Positions 52,936 through 64,000 of a stretch of DNA of 64,000 bases are shown here, piece by piece (the first letter of the stretch is position 1; the number at the start of each line of letters is the position of its first letter). The position numbers were made by a program, and so were the translations under genes. A model generated the notes under the pieces. That model did not search any database. It was not told the DNA's origin and was given only the letters and a program-made list of their open reading frames with translations. The DNA comes from Octopus sinensis (Eukaryota), in contig NC_043008.1 in the NCBI RefSeq assembly GCF_006345805.1, positions 42,470,001 through 42,534,000 on the forward strand, given 5' to 3'.

Positions 52936-53339
52936 AATATATATACCATAAAAGTCTGGAGGTATGACAGATGGATATACTTTTTTAACCACGTGTAATT
53001 CTCAGTGTGTGTGTGCGCGTGCGCGCATGTGTATCTACCCGTATGTATGTAAGTATTTTATTATATCATAGAATAGAACTGCAAATTTCTTGATAAACCA
53101 CTGTTCCTGTCAATAAGTTCTTGGCTACAGTCGAGAATTCTCCTGATTAGCACTGACTCCATAAATAGCGTTTCACACTTCCTAAACGTTATCCCTCAGC
53201 GCTGTATGTTTCTTAATTAACAGCCGCAAGTCACGTACAAATGTAATATTTAGCCAATGTTTCTATTATCTAAATCACCTTCCAACGAATTCTCACATTT
53301 ATTGATAGTCAACTTCCAAACAATTCATTATCGATCTAT

Positions 53340-53356
53340 CTTCATTATCATCATCG

Positions 53357-53388
<32 letters not shown>

Positions 53389-53431
53389 GTCATCATCATC
53401 ATCAGCATCATCGCCATCGTCATTATCATCG

Positions 53432-53478
<47 letters not shown>

Positions 53479-53485
53479 GCCATCG

Positions 53486-53533
<48 letters not shown>

Positions 53534-53576
53534 GCATCATCATCAGCATCATCAGCATCATCAGCATCATCATCAG
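53340..53576. repeat. (CAT)n microsatellite
   Basis: Seen directly. Confidence 0.95.
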
Positions 53577-53774
53577 TATTATTATAATTAATATTATTAT
53601 TATTATTGTTGTTGTTATTGTCGTTGTTAACAATACGATTCACAATTACGGATGACGATGAGGGCATTGTATTATTTACATAGTGAATCAATACATTTAC
53701 AGTCTCAGTGCTCCCTGAGTTAGAGAGGGAAAAAAATGAGATTTGTGGAGGCAATAATACCTTAATTAAAAGCC

Positions 53775-53998
53775 AGCGAGCTGGCAGAATCATTTGCACG
53801 CCAGGCGAAATGCTAAACGGCATTTCGTCTGCCACCATGTTCAGAGTTCAAATTCCGCCGAGGTCGACTATGCCTTTCATCCTTTTGGGGTCGATTAAAT
53901 AATTACCAGTTACGCACTGGGTTCGATGTAGTCGACTTAATCCCTTTGTCTCTCGTTGTTTGTCCCCTCTATGTTTAGCCCCTTGTGGGCAATAAAGA
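53775..53998 (+). mobile_element. Family B SINE
   Basis: AGCGAGCTGGCAGAATC...GTTCAAATTCCGCCGAGGTCGAC...GGGCAATAAAGAAATA. Confidence 0.82.
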
Positions 53999-54195
53999 AA
54001 TAATACCGTAATTAAGTTCATGTTACGACCTGTAAATACAATCGAAGGCAATAACCGGATCGAACAGTTTTTCACTCTATTCATTGAAATCTAAGGAACA
54101 CATGTATATATAGATATCATTTAAAACTTATTAAATTATATTCTACATTGAAATAGACACCATAACTAGCTGACGTAACATGGCTGTACATAATA

Positions 54196-54716
54196 TCTAT
54201 ACATATAAAACTGTAGTTGTGTGAGTGTCTGTCTCCTACGATTTAGATTCCTAACTACTCCCACATTTTGCGGTGCAGTTTAACCAAATTCGGGTATCTT
54301 ATAGTCGTGATTCATATCGAGCCCGTCTGGGTATTAGCGCGCGTCTACGATGAGTCTACGATTTTAAAAATAATTTAACATCATTTTTTTCCATTTCTTC
54401 CAATTTTTTCGTGTGTCGATGGCGGCGGAGTTGGCGTCCATGCTCACAACTGCACCTGTGTTGCTTCTCCCTCTTCTTCCCTCCCTCGTGAAGCTGTGGG
54501 GAAGGGAGTGTAAGGAAATCAACGTCGTAAAGAGTTGTCAAGGAGACCAGCGTTCTTTTATAACAACGACTTCATGTCTTGAAGACACCAAAATTACCAT
54601 CATTTTTTATTCCATTTTTAATGCATTTTTTTGCTATTTTTTTGCTATAACTCACTAAAAATGCTTATATAGTTATTTCCCTTACAAACCTGAGCAACGC
54701 CGGGCGATACTGCTAG
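54196..54716 (+). mobile_element. Complete non-autonomous Helitron (521 bp)
   Basis: 5' end A|TCTATACATATAAAACTGTAGTTGTGTG at 54196. An imperfect subterminal GC-rich hairpin CCTGAGCAACGCCGGG (54689-54704) precedes CTAG (54713-54716)|T. Insertion is between A and T with no TSD. Confidence 0.8.
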
Positions 54717-55554
54717 TTAATTTATAATTATTAATCGAAGGCAAGTGTTGCTTTTCTCTGGGTATTAAGAGAATAAGGGGCGTCCGAGTAGTCAACTAAG
54801 AATACTAAGATCGGCATTCCAAATCTACAATTATTTTCGGAAACCGACAAAGGATCATCGTCATATTTGAACGTGACACTGCCTTAACTGGATTCGATGC
54901 CATCGCATTTGTATCAACACTGTCTCATTTGAAACATCTCCATCGTATTTGAACCTGAGAGCAGCAGATATGGATGTATGTGTAACTAGATGTGTGAATC
55001 ATATCTAAATATCTGTTTAATAAAGAATGAAAAAAAAATTAGTAAGATACGTGCCATTAGGCAAATTTCAGATTGCAAAGAATTCTGTTGCATCAATGCC
55101 TTTCATAAATTTAGATGACTGCTATTCGTTTTAGATATTCAACTGAAGGAATCTCTTTAAATACTCTAACTTCGAGTTCGGCTTTGCGCTCGGTTTAGAA
55201 TAACCAAAGTAAAAAAAATACACATTTGAATTGGTTATAGTAATAACTGCTTTGAAAGAAGCACATTGATATATAAATACATTTATAAGGGTACCTCCCC
55301 ATAATTTCTATAAGTTCTTTGTACCTACCTGTCACTATAGGTATACGATATACATACACAAACGCAAAACATACACAGGCACATTCGCATACGTACACTG
55401 TCGAAAACAAGCATACTCAAATATAAAAATAGTAGGATATTTGGCGAATTCTATAGAAAAGGTAACCAAACTACTCTTGTATGAGTTAGTGTTTTTTATG
55501 CATATACATATACACCCACTGAAACACATATATATGGGTGTGAGAGAGAGATAG

Positions 55555-55588
<34 letters not shown>

Positions 55589-56374
55589 TGTGTGTGTGCT
55601 TGTGTGTATATATCTCTATGCATAAGAATGTGTGTATAATTGTGCGTGTGAGTATATATGTATGAATGTGTTTGTTGTGTGTGTATTTGTGTATGTGTGT
55701 ATCAAATGAAACAGGAAATAAAGTGTTAAACACATACGTATATAAATAGCTGGAGAACGAGAGAGAGAAAGTGAAAAAGAAAGATGGCGATTCTCTGTTG
55801 CAAAACTCTTTTCTCCATCATCATGTATTAAGCATCCATTCCAGATGAAAATGTGAATGTTCATATATAAAGTTAAATAGTCTATATTAATGTTTTTTTG
55901 TTTTTTCTCTTCACCATATTCTATACGCGTACATGTCAATATGTTTCTCTCACATCCGGTACAGATCATGGAAAATTATACATTTATATTATAAGTAGAT
56001 GTACTAAGTGGGTTTATGCAGGTTTACTATAAAGAAATAAGTATATAACGAAAAACTGAACTGCAGTAAAGCAGTGATCGGAGATAATCTTATCTACTGA
56101 GAAATGCACTAAACTATTTAAAAGAACTTATACAAGTTTAGCAGATGGAAAACAGTTGAACCAAAATCACCTACAACAGGAATGATGTAAAAATAATATA
56201 ATAACTATGGGGAAAAATTTCAGGTTTATTCTTTATGAAGAAAAAATAAACAGCTTTAAATTCCTTTGAGACTGGGAATTAAAAGTACAAAGTTGTGTGT
56301 CATCATATAGGAATATAAAACAGAAAATTACTATTTGTAAATCTCACAACGAGAGATATTCAGCAACTGTACTT

Positions 56375-56621
56375 TGGAGTAGAGATTGTTTGCCAACATA
56401 ACATGGCAGTCCTGGTTTAGGACGAATGTTGCTGTAATTTAGCCCCAGGAGACATCGCATCCAGCTGACTATACAACATGATCTGTGTCCTTATATTTTC
56501 GAACAAGGGAATCTAGCTGTCGTATAGCCAGCTGGAGACGGTGTCTCCTGCGGCTAAATTACAGCATCATTCTTCCTAAGCCAGGACTGCCATGCTATGT
56601 TGGCAAATAATCTTTACTCCA
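56375..56621. mobile_element. MITE-like fold-back element
   Basis: TGGAGTAGAGATTGTTTGCCAACATAACATGGCAGTCCTGG...CCAGGACTGCCATGCTATGTTGGCAAATAATCTTTACTCCA. The imperfect arms are about 110 bp, around a loop containing CTGTGTCCTTAT. Confidence 0.72.
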
Positions 56622-57629
56622 TATAAAATAGTGTTTGACTGTTCATTGGAAATGGGATTTGGTTTTGTGGTGGAATATTTGGACTAAATAACAAATATTG
56701 TTTCGAACTCTTTCCAAGTGAAACCATTCTGGCTTGAATAGACTTTTCCTCAGGTGAAAAGTAAGGCAAACATTTCAATGTTACTGAATGTGTCTGACTT
56801 GGATTACAAAGTTATTCATTATCGTTTCATTATTTCAATAGACTTTTAGCGTATAGCTGTATTTCATACATACATTAGAAAAACACATTTTTCGTAAATT
56901 TATTAATCGGATTCTCTTGGGGCTGAACAAATAAGATATGAAGATATCGAAACATGCGTCGACAGATAATGAAAGAAATAAACGAGAATAAAAGTTAAAT
57001 TCATTTGAACTTCACTCTTTTGTGATGAAGAGGAATTCACTTGGGTGGAGCAAACCACTTTTCGAAGACACCATGCATAATTCTAAACTTTATCAGGATT
57101 TGAAAGACGCCCTTTGTTTCACAAATGGCTTGAGGGAAACATAAAGCATATGCATAAATGTTTTTTGCAAAATACCGCCATCTTCATGGGACTTATCCGA
57201 GAGAAAAAAGGAAGAACAGGAGACACATGTATTCAAATATTATGCTTTATTGTGGTGCCTTAACTGCTTCAGGGATACAACCGTGATGATATTCAGCGTA
57301 TCCCAGACATATTGAGGCCTGTTGGAGCCCATCATGCACCTGGTCACACAGCAGTCAATTTCTTCCTCTAGGAAGGGAGATGGAAAATAACGGTTAGAAT
57401 AGAGGACAGTGTTATGAAAGAGACCAACTCATGCATGCCTATCTGAGAAATAACATTGAAATACTGTTGCAGGCTTCACTGAGTAAGAAGATGATCAGAG
57501 ACAATGCTGAGACCCTCCAGGGGAAGTATAGGACGACTAATAGAAATACAATTAACAACTGGAATGAGGAATAGAAATAATATATTTCTAAGTTTCTCAC
57601 AAAAGTTTATGCAGTAGCAGCACGATACA

Positions 57630-57820
57630 GTGATAGCATGTTGTCGACTTAATGTAACAGTCGCATGAAAGGGAAGAATGCTACTGCTATTTAGCCCTAG
57701 GAAACACCGTTTACTGTTGGTCTTGACACATTTCCTGTGTCCTTATGTGTCAAGTCCAACAGGAAACGGTGTTTCCTAGGGCTAAATAACAGTAACATTA
57801 AGTTGACAACATACTTTCAC
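57630..57820. mobile_element. MITE-like fold-back element related to 56375-56621
   Basis: Arms GTGATAGCATGTTGTCGACTTAATGT / ACATTAAGTTGACAACATACTTTCAC and ATTTAGCCCTAGGAAACACCGTT / AACGGTGTTTCCTAGGGCTAAAT, with the same CTGTGTCCTTAT loop motif. Confidence 0.7.
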
Positions 57821-57875
57821 TTTATGGAAAGATAAAGTTTTTTATATATATATATATATTATATATATATACATT

Positions 57876-57912
<37 letters not shown>

Positions 57913-58590
57913 ATGTATACATAGAGACCTATATATATATAATATATATATATATATATTATATATATAACTCGGGGTAATTTTATTGAAAACAATAGGA
58001 ATACTTATTTGCCGATCCATAACGAATTACACATTGTGTAGAGAGATTGTAATAACATTTAGATAATAATAAGAAAAAAAAAATTGTATAGATGCTAAAT
58101 AAATGTATTGGAGATATAGCATCAACATTCCAAAAGTACAAAATTTAATTTCAATCATACTGCTATATAATCGAATTGAATAAATTGGGTTAAATAAAAA
58201 CGAAATTGTAATAAAATCATGCGGAATCCCCTTTTTCTATTTCCGGAGATAACATCTGAACGGGTTTTGAAATCGTATTATTTATATTTTTCAAAGTTTT
58301 TTTCGGATATATTTTCTATTTCTTCCAACAGTATTCAAGAAAGATATTGTAACTCTGATTTTATAATTATTATATTTATATCATATATCTTCTCAACAAA
58401 TCAAAAAGTATATTATTAAAAAGTATAGTGTTAACCCACTGCTTGCGGCTCATTTACAGTTATCGTATTTATTATTATTGTATATACGCAAAACAGATCG
58501 AACTGTTGGGAAAGGAGAATTCCTAACATCGGGTTACAACTGATATTATTGTCGTTATTGTTATTATTATTATCATTATTATTATTATTA

Positions 58591-58631
<41 letters not shown>

Positions 58632-58636
<5 letters not shown>

Positions 58637-58738
58637 TAGTTTTATTTTTATTTTTATAGCGTGCTTTCACTTCACTACCGAGCGCAGCTCTGTGTGCCTT
58701 GGGTATGTGCTGTGATTTGTTGTGATGCTCTGATGGTT
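58632..58738 (-). mobile_element. Short 3'-UTR fragment of a (TAA)n-targeting retroelement
   Basis: A unique 107-bp island between TTA runs; the minus strand ends ...GCACGCTATAAAAATAAAAATAAAACTACTGAAT followed by (AAT)n. Confidence 0.5.
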
Positions 58739-58739
58739 A

Positions 58740-58805
<66 letters not shown>

Positions 58806-58817
58806 ATTATTATTATT

Positions 58818-58890
58818 CTATGTTTGACTTTTGCTTTATGTTTGTACAAGTTGGCTCCAAGTCTCACCCACAGACCTCAAGAGACAACAG

Positions 58891-58891
<1 letters not shown>
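58818..58891 (-). mobile_element. Second short 3'-end fragment in the (TAA)n array
   Basis: A unique 74-bp island (minus strand TGGGTGAGACTTGGAGCCAACTTGTACAAA...) bounded by TTA repeats on both sides. Confidence 0.45.
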
Positions 58892-58944
<53 letters not shown>

Positions 58945-58972
58945 ATTATTATTATAATTATTATTATTTTTA

Positions 58973-59018
<46 letters not shown>

Positions 59019-59286
59019 TTTCTTCCTTTTTTTTCTTCTTTCAAATTTGCTTCCATTTCTTGCCGAATGTCTTCCCGACTCCTAGGGCAAAGAAACTCAT
59101 AGTATACATTGGTAGGCCATTAAACTAAACACACTAGTTCGTTCATTTTTTTTTTTAAGTTAAATTAAAATGCATGGGTAGTAATAATTCTCACATCGAC
59201 AATGCTCTTCTCAATACGTGTGATGTACCAGTTAAGACGATCTTTTGCATTTCTTGCAGGGATGGTAAGCCAGGGATCATTCTCAT
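59019..59286 (-). mobile_element. 3' end of an RLE-type (R4/Dong-like) non-LTR retrotransposon within (TAA)n
   Basis: Minus strand IPGLPSLQEMQKIVLTGTSHVLRRALSM* (stop 59193-59191) resembles the QK..LLGT.HILR..L C-terminus. A 3' UTR follows, and TAA repeats flank both sides. Confidence 0.65.
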
Positions 59287-59308
59287 ATAATAATAATAAT
59301 AATAATAA

Positions 59309-59339
<31 letters not shown>

Positions 59340-59900
59340 TATTATTATTACTATTATTATTATTCCCCGGGTAGACCTTGATTACCGGTTTCCCAAGTGC
59401 CTGAATAGATACTGTTGTTCTGTATACATCTTTGACGAAAGATACCTTTGTTATTCCGCTGCTGAGCATCTCTCACAGATGAACCCGCAGTAGTGCGAAA
59501 TCACGTGAACTGGCAGGTCCGGTGGCTGTATCACTCCGTTGCTGTGAGCGATATAATTACGAGTGCTTCTATGCACCACGAGACCATAAGAGAGATACTC
59601 TCAAGGGGGATAACTTAGTATTCTGTGTTCTAACACCTCCTGTGCCCATAGTTAGAGATCAAGATTTCCTTTTAACACCGATACTGTTGTTCACAATAAA
59701 AATATTGATAATAGGAAGAAAAAGGATGTGGAAAAGAGGCTGGGGGAGGCGGATGCGTTAGAAGCTGTGCAAAGGCAACAGCAACAACAATATTAATAAT
59801 ATCGTCGAAATTAAAAGAAGAGTGCCATTGTCATCTAGTGAACGATATTTCGACATTTAATTGTTACTCTATATCCTCTGGCGGGGTTACCTCAGTCTTT

Positions 59901-59946
<46 letters not shown>

Positions 59947-60199
59947 TAATAATAACAACAATAGTAATAAAGCTTTAAATGTGTGATTCTACGCAATAGC
60001 AACGATTATGGGTCAGTCCGAATTGGTCACTAAACTAAAGGGAAGATGAAAATTGCTAACCTGTGCGTATTGTAAAATGGCGAATTTTCTACTGGGTAAC
60101 CATATTAGATACATCGAATGTCCCTACTTTACCTGTCTCTGGAGTGGTAGATCTCAAGATGAGCATTGTGTGAGAAAACAAGGGCCTACGTGAGAAACA

Positions 60200-60762
60200 C
60201 ATAGTCATTGGAGAAAGAAATGTAAACAAAGAAATCTTGGCTGACAGAGATAAAATCAATTAACCCCCACTGTACATGAAACAAGGCAATGAGGTAGGAT
60301 GTGAAGGCTTTGAGTAGAGACTGGTATTGACAATAAACGCAGGAAAATCCCAGTGTTGAATATGGTGAGGTTGAAGGTACGTATTTTCAAAGGGCTAAAT
60401 TTCAAGGATCTCACGAAAGAATCAAATTCTGAAGATACAATGAACAAAGCTGAGGGAGAAGCATGTCTTTCGTTCACACTCTGGTTGTAAGTAATTTTTT
60501 GGGGGAACGTGAAGCAAAAGAGCGTGTTTTCTATTAGTTCATATATCATGCATTAATAGATAACTTGCTCTCTTAGGTCTATCGACTTACGTCATTGTAA
60601 TAGGAGCAACAAAGTGCATTAACTCTGCAGCCATTTGGATCGCTTCCCAGATAAACTTGATGATAACAACGGTGAACGATTCCACCGAGATTTAAGAACC
60701 ACGGAAGGCAGATACGAATGATACATTGCCTGATAATGCTGGAGCATTAAACGCGATTGTCC
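60200..60762 (+). mobile_element. Degenerate CMC-superfamily (Chapaev3-like) transposase fragment
   Basis: Broken translation GERNVNKEILADRDKIN*PPLYMKQG..VKAL / LKVRIFKG...EGEACLSF..VVSNFLGN / HLDRFPDKLDD..GERFHRDLRTTEGRY...CWSIKRDCP. This resembles my recollection of the family motifs LPPLHIKLGLMKQFVKAL and SHLDRFP..EEQGERFHQD...DYCWSIKRD. The family assignment is from memory. Confidence 0.72.
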
Positions 60763-61709
60763 TTCGAAAGCTATGATGCCTCGGGTCGAGTTTTCTAATA
60801 TCTCCTCGAGGCGATCAATGGTTTATGAGTAGATTCGAGATATGGAAACTGAAAGCCGGTCATGGTAGATATACGTGTGTGTGTGTGTATGTGTTCGTAT
60901 TTCAGTGGGCGTGTGTAGATACATGTGTTTATGTCTTTGTGTGTGACTTTGTCCTCTGCCGCCACTACTTAACAGCAAGTCTAGGTTTGTTTTCGTTCTC
61001 ATAATATAGCAGTTCAGCAAAAGGACTGACAGTATAGTTACACAGCTTTTTAAAAAATAAGTGCAGTGTATCCATTCGACTAAAGAATCTTGTTGACGGT
61101 GTCCCAGCATGGCCGCAGTCTAATGATAGAAATATGTAAAAGAGGAAAACATACCTCTATGCTTACACACAAACACACACACTCACACACATATATATAC
61201 TTATGCTTTCGTTTACCATGAACTTCGCTTCAACGCTTTGTTCTTCCATTATTCCTGTTTTTATTTTCGATTTAATTATTTTTCTTACGTCATCTTCTGC
61301 CACTGCTGCTGCCGAGGCTGTTGCAATTCCTGTTCCTGCGGCCATTATTGCGGCATCACTTATTTCAAAATATCATGACAAATATATCTCCCAGCTATTC
61401 ACAATATAACATGCGTCTTCTTCCGTTGCTCGCAGGCAAACACGCGCTAATCTTCGCATCCAATTGTTGCTGCTTTCTTTCCTCTTTTGTTCTGCGTTTG
61501 TCATTAAGGCGTTTGTCACTTCTTAAAAACCTCAATTTCTTTATATTCTTTTTGAAGTAAATCACAGATGAATTTTTCACTTCCTCTGGAGAAGGAAACC
61601 TAACTGAATCACTATGGAAGCCTGGCGGGAAATTAATTGACATTGTTTACAGTAAAGAGGCAGAAAGCAAACTGAAACATGACTAATAATATTTGAAGGG
61701 GGATTTTTG

Positions 61710-61990
61710 TGATGATGATGATGATGATGATGATGGTGGTGGTGCTGGTGGTGGTGCTGGTGGTGGTGCTGGTGGTGGTGCTGGTGGTGGTGCTGGTGGT
61801 GCTGGTGATGGTGATGGTGATGGTGGTGGTACTGGTGGTGGTGGTAGTCGTCGTCGTCGTCGTCGTCGTCATCGTCGTGGTCGTGGTCGTGGTGATGATG
61901 ATGGTGGTGATGATGATGACGATGATGATGAGGATGAGGATGAGGATGATGATGATGATGATCATCATCATCATCATCAATATCATCATC
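61710..61990. repeat. Graded trinucleotide tract: (GAT)n, (GGTGGTGGTGCT)n, (CGT)n, (GAT)n, (CAT)n
   Basis: Seen directly. Confidence 0.9.
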
Positions 61991-62147
61991 AACATCGTCA
62001 TTATCATTAGAAAATCGGAAAAAATACTTTCTGTTATTTGTTCTAGTTTTTTACGTCTCGAGTTCAATTTCTGACGAGTCGGTCCATGCTTACAAGTTCG
62101 TTACAAGGGGCCACAAATGTTCAGGGATCGGGTATTTTCCTGACACT

Positions 62148-62245
62148 TTATCTTATATAGATTCTGAAAGGAGCGAAGACAAAGCTGACCCTCGGCGGTA
62201 TTTCAACACTACGTGAATAGCCAGCAGAGATGCCGCTAATGATTC
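62148..62245 (-). mobile_element. Family B SINE fragment
   Basis: GCTGACCCTCGGCGGTATTTCAAC...GCTAATGATTCTGCTAGCT resembles the reverse complement of the family B head. Confidence 0.55.
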
Positions 62246-62309
62246 TGCTAGCTAGCCACTGCAGTAGCAGTGGTAGTAGTAGTAGTAGCAGCAGCTGCCA
62301 TGGTAGCAT

Positions 62310-62363
<54 letters not shown>

Positions 62364-62734
62364 AAGTAACAACAACAACAGATAGTAAAAGTGTAGTGTT
62401 TTATGAAAGGCAGCTGTGACCATTATATGGATTGATTGCCCGAAGGTTTTAGAGCAGCGTTTACCACTTTTGGAGATTCTGGTTCCTCTCAATTCAATAT
62501 CATGATTAGCAATAAGATTAACTAACAATATTGTAAATGACGAAATGAGCAGGTATATCAAACATGCTAAAGATTACCTGAAGGGAAAGTAATTTCACAA
62601 AAGAGGGAATTGGAGAAAATTGAAATTAATCTTTATTATAAGACTAATGATGTGAAGGGTCAATATTTGTGTCATTTTCTCTCACTTCCCCTAATTTCCG
62701 ATGGCATATCTAGGCCCTGCTATATTTCTGAGCA

Positions 62735-62805
<71 letters not shown>

Positions 62806-62950
62806 TTATTCATCCATCCCTTCATCCATCTATCCAACTATCTGTCTGTCTATCTGTCTGTCTATCTACATATCTATATATCTATCTATCTATATATCTA
62901 CCTATCTATCTATATATGTATGTATGTTTGTGTGTATGTATGTATGTATG

Positions 62951-62998
<48 letters not shown>

Positions 62999-63000
62999 CC
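62735..63000. repeat. (TCTA)n/(GTAT)n compound microsatellite
   Basis: Seen directly. Confidence 0.92.
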
Positions 63001-63639
63001 TCTCTTTCCTTCTCTGTATACACACGTGTATGTATGTGTGTGTGCGTGGGGGATGTATGCGTGTATAACTTAAAAGACTAGAAAGTTGGAATTCGGGCAG
63101 GTGCATTATTAGCATTCTGGTATAATCCAGATCTGGCTACCGCATCGAACGATATACCATTCCACGGTACTTCACTCGATACGCAAATCTCGAGTTCCCT
63201 TTAATGGGTTTCATACAGCATACCAGAGAACATAATCAAAATCTCATAATGAGGAAGAGAGAATGATACATTGTCAAAATGTTCTTTCTACAGCATTTCT
63301 CTTATTAAATTCGTGTTTCGGTTCCATAAGTATCGTATCGTCTTTTGATGTAGCATTTCTGGTCATTTAGTTAATACACTTGCAGTACAATTTCATCCAA
63401 GGTAGACTGTACTTGCACAGCTTTTTGTACAAGACTTTTGCCCATGCATGTGGATTAAGTAAACGGAGGATTAAAGCGTTAGATTGTCCTTCTGGATATA
63501 TATTTTAGCAGAGATATCAAATATATTGGGCTAAATAAGCCGACGGGCTGGCAGAAACGCTAGAACGTTGGGCGAAATGCTGTGTGTGTGTGTAAGTGTG
63601 TACACGCACACTTACACACACGTACACACACACATATAG

Positions 63640-64000
63640 TCGCAAGCATTGCTATGTGGTAGAAAATTTACTTCCCACCTGCATAGTGCGGTGTTCAGTC
63701 CCACTGCATGGCAATGTCTTCTACCACAGCTCTGGGCCAACCAAAGCTTTATGGGTGGTTGTTTGTGTATGTGTGATTTTATGTGTGTCTTTGTGTATAT
63801 GTTTGCCCCACCATCACCATCACCACTACCAACATCACCTCACAACCAATATTGGTTTGTTTACGTCCCCGCGTCTACAAGTTCAGCATAAGAGACCGAT
63901 AGGATAAGTACCCTATTTAAGAATATAAGTTCTGGGGTCGATTCATTCGACTAAAATTTTCTTAAGGCGGTGCCCCAGCTTGGCCGTAGTCTAATTACAG
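63640..64000 (+). mobile_element. Family A SINE running to the window edge
   Basis: GCGGTGTTCAGTCCCACTGCATGG...GAGACCGATAGGATAAGTAC...AAGGCGGTGCCCCAGCTTGGCCG. Confidence 0.75.

Larger units (their letters stand above)
58545..59365. repeat. (TTA)n array interrupted by retroelement fragments
   Basis: Seen directly. Confidence 0.93.

Overview
AT-rich, microsatellite-dense eukaryotic DNA that looks like an octopus or other coleoid cephalopod genome, judged from its tRNA-derived SINE families and repeat make-up. The only host coding sequence I can support is the last exon (TM3, cytoplasmic loop, TM4, stop) of a nicotinic acetylcholine receptor-like subunit on the minus strand (49052-49629). The rest is intron or intergenic DNA with SINEs, fossil mariner, maT and Chapaev-like transposases, LINE 3' ends, Helitrons, MITEs and simple repeats. 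Almost all ORFs in the supplied track are microsatellite artefacts. The main result lies at 24.9-30.8 kb: two unrelated, non-coding, head-to-tail repeat elements (units of about 598 and 472 bp). Each carries a complete, foldable type I hammerhead ribozyme on the minus strand, and each has its 3' end in a (TA)n run. This is the architecture of retrozymes or Penelope-like terminal repeats, which are predicted to self-cleave and possibly circularise. Several fold-back or inverted structures also occur (26470-27737, 38117-39629, 47707-47808). All folds and alignments were done by eye and have not been checked computationally.
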